64,000 nt of DNA, taken from positions 7,068,001-7,132,000 of the forward strand of contig CM102285.1 of NCBI GenBank assembly GCA_046563655.1. Direction: 5' to 3'. Every line of letters begins with the position of its first letter. Position 1 is the first letter of the stretch. Origin of the DNA: Yuukianura sp. NJ FZ-2021. Its lineage: Eukaryota. Shown one piece after another: positions 61,303 through 64,000 of this stretch. The notes under the pieces were generated by a model. That model was not told the DNA's origin. It saw nothing but the letters and a program-made list of their open reading frames with translations, and did no database searches. The position numbers and the translations under genes are program-made.

Positions 61303-63639
61303 TTAAGTAATTGGGGAATAACTATTCCCATCAACTGAAGCTGATTTAACTTGCTCATGGCTAATCGTAGGTAGTTGAACACAATAAACTCGAGCTACTG
61401 AACTGAAAGGTGTTTTACTCATCGCTGATGTGACGAATTTATCTCTTTGTTACACCGGTATTAGTGTTGAATACTACTTCACTTAAAAAATATGTACATG
61501 CGTCATCCATGACGCGCAGAAAAATTTCAAACTCCTAGAACAATTCACTTAACTCAAAAGTTCCAGATCCACTATGATAATCGATTTTTCTCAACCGTAT
61601 CTTATTGTTTTGTTCTAACGTAGGGTAACGAAGGTATGTGAATCTAACACTAACCATTTTATAACTTCTCCTGTTACTACCAATGTTATCTGTTTAGTTA
61701 AATGTACAGTGTTACAAAACTTTTGTCTTCTTACTCTCTCTGTCTCTTTCTCCCATGGAGTCATCCATTTGAAAAAGTCATCTCAATTTCAAAACTTTTG
61801 TTTCAGAATTATAGCAAAATTTGCAGTTTTCTCTACTGGGGAAAGTAAACTTTCCCTTAGGATAAAACGTTCTTTCTTTTAGTAAATGGATAATGATATC
61901 GTTAGGGTTCTTCTCCGTTTCCTTCTTAGTTTAGTAGAAACGAAAGCCTGTAAGAGCAAAGAATGTGTTGTTACTTTCTGAATGTACAGCCCAAGCCACG
62001 CAGGGCTCGAAACTATAAACGGCAACTATGCTGGTTCTGCTGGCAGTTGCTGCTGTGTTTCCTAGGTTTCTACACTAACCCACACTGAAATTGCAAACTG
62101 CATTGAGAAAGCAAAACTACAGAAACAGTGAAGTTGGGTCAAAAAAAGTGAAGTTGAACTTCACTTTTTTTTGCCGTCCCAACAAAAACAGCGGAATTTT
62201 TTAAGTTTGGCTTGGAAACTGCAAGCAGCAACTGCGAAGTTGCCGTTTGCAGTTGCTGTTTTGAGCCTGTGTGTCTCTGCCTTAAGATGTGTTATGCTTA
62301 AATTCTTTCGTTCTAAAAATTTACAACGAAATACACCTACTATTTATTTTTTTGTACATTCGTATCGAATTAAAAACAGCAATAATATTTACTACACGCT
62401 GCAGAAATATATTGACTTAATACTTGGTAACTTGCGTTTTAGTTGCTCAGCGGTTAAATAAGCTTTGTATGTTTGGAATTTAACAAATTGAAAAGTTTTT
62501 ATTTTTGAAATTCCAAAGATGAGATGACGTGTTGATATAAAATTTCCCCCAAAAGCTATTCACACCTGGAAACCGCTCTTATTATTTTCAAGTCCAGCAT
62601 GTCAAAATGCCTCCGTTGTCCCGGGAGAGTGTTTAGGTCTCATCACACTTTCCGCTCAGCCTTTTCACCAATACCCATTTCTTGTCGCGTCGCTGCTGTC
62701 TTAGTGTAACTTCGTCATAAAAACTCCAAAGTCATGAAAAATAAAACGTTGAGTGTCTTCGTAAACCCGCCACCGAAGGTCAAAATTTTTGGGTATTCTA
62801 TATCTCCAAATTTCATTTTTCAAGATATCCTTTCCTGTCGTAAACAAACGAAACAGGAATGTCACAATCTAAACTTTTTTTTTACATCTTCCCTTGGGAA
62901 AAAGGAGTTTTTGACTTTTATTACTGCTTCCTCGTTTTTGGATTGTTTTCTGTGAAAAGAAAACATCAGCGCACTGCAAAAAAAAAAAGTCTCGAAACCA
63001 AAAAATTTCAATTTTGTTAGACTAGAAAGGAAATACGCCTGATTGTTTCGAAGCCAAAAATTATCATGTAACCAGGAGAAAAAATGGTGCTTAAACAAGT
63101 TTCACACCAAACGCGGATTAAAATAATTTGCGAAAAGTAAATTAATGTAAGATAATAGCAAGGTAGGGAAGGGCGTACTGTGGTACTGTAATACTGTGGT
63201 CCCAGCACACCGTCAGAAATGAGAGTAAACTCCTCTATTTTTCAAACACGTCATTAGTTTTTACTGTACCTAGCGGACCAAGGGTTTTGCGGATGGGGGG
63301 AGGGGTATCTCTCTAATCAGAGGTATGAGCGGGAATAATCTCCCGCGCTCCAACTCAACTACCACACCTTTCTATGGAGTTCATTCAAAACATTTGTCGG
63401 TTGAGTGTGGGCGCGGGAACTTATTCCCGCTCACACGTTTGTGATGAGTGGAGCTTTCTTCCCCCAAATCCGCAAAACCTTTGGTCCGCTAGGTACTGTA
63501 GGATAAGCACAAAAAGTGGACGACGCGAGACTTTCTCTGGCGCCACAACACTTATTTTGAAGTTTGACTTTTTTTAAACTTAAATTACTCAGCTCTTTGA
63601 AAGTACGACATGTACACGTCGGCCCTTGACAAAATGTCA

Positions 63640-63945
63640 CCCCTGGTGACATTAATGTCGCCGCTGCCATCTTGAAAACTATCTTTCATGTTTTCGACGC
63701 ATTTTGTCAAGAATTGCATCCAGTTCCCTTGAATTTGGATGAAAGCCGTAATACGTATGTTTGTTGAACAATTACGACATCCCACGGTCGCCGCCGCCAT
63801 CTTCAAAATTCACCCAGCCATTTTTTCGCCGTTTTCATGGGAATTGTATGTAGTTCCGTATGACTTGCCCAAAAGCTCTAATACATAGGTTTGTTGCTGG
63901 CGACAACTGATGGTCGCCGCCGCCATCTTGAAATTTTGTGGAATC
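63640..63945. repeat. Dispersed repeat with recurring CGCCGCCATCTTGAA motifs
   Basis: Motif at ~63660, 63790 and 63915; no credible ORF; may continue past the window. Confidence 0.45.
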
Positions 63946-64000
63946 TGATTTCCCACGCTATATTTATAAAAAAATTTTCAAGCAGTTGACCATATGATGG

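Overview
Eukaryotic, AT-rich, compact arthropod-like DNA with short GT-AG introns; the species cannot be determined from the sequence. Host genes: an SVIP homologue, a pancreatic-type lipase, an ionotropic receptor (IR), two PARP-catalytic-domain genes with a C-terminal hydrophobic tail, a Methuselah-like GPCR, an ABCG half-transporter, an intronless signal-peptide nicotinamidase and a secreted Ser-rich pentapeptide-repeat protein. The segments ~9.3-30.2 kb and ~30.2-46.3 kb are two copies of a tandem duplication (IR 5' half / PARP / Mth 5' half), each with its own insertions. Mobile DNA is dense: an intact BEL/Pao LTR element, a 5'-truncated LINE, Tc1/mariner, hAT, piggyBac, P-like and Helentron-like short elements, an asymmetric-ended 8-bp-TSD family and a TRIM with tRNA-like LTRs. 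The top candidate for a new system is a 6.1-kb Polinton/Maverick-type element at 33752-39839 (AG...CT ends, ~1.1-kb TIRs, 6-bp TSD). It carries only a penton-like gene, a small basic ORF and a major-capsid-like gene, with no polymerase, integrase, ATPase or protease, which suggests a capsid-only satellite or genome segment. All family assignments are by-eye motif recognition; no database searches were run.
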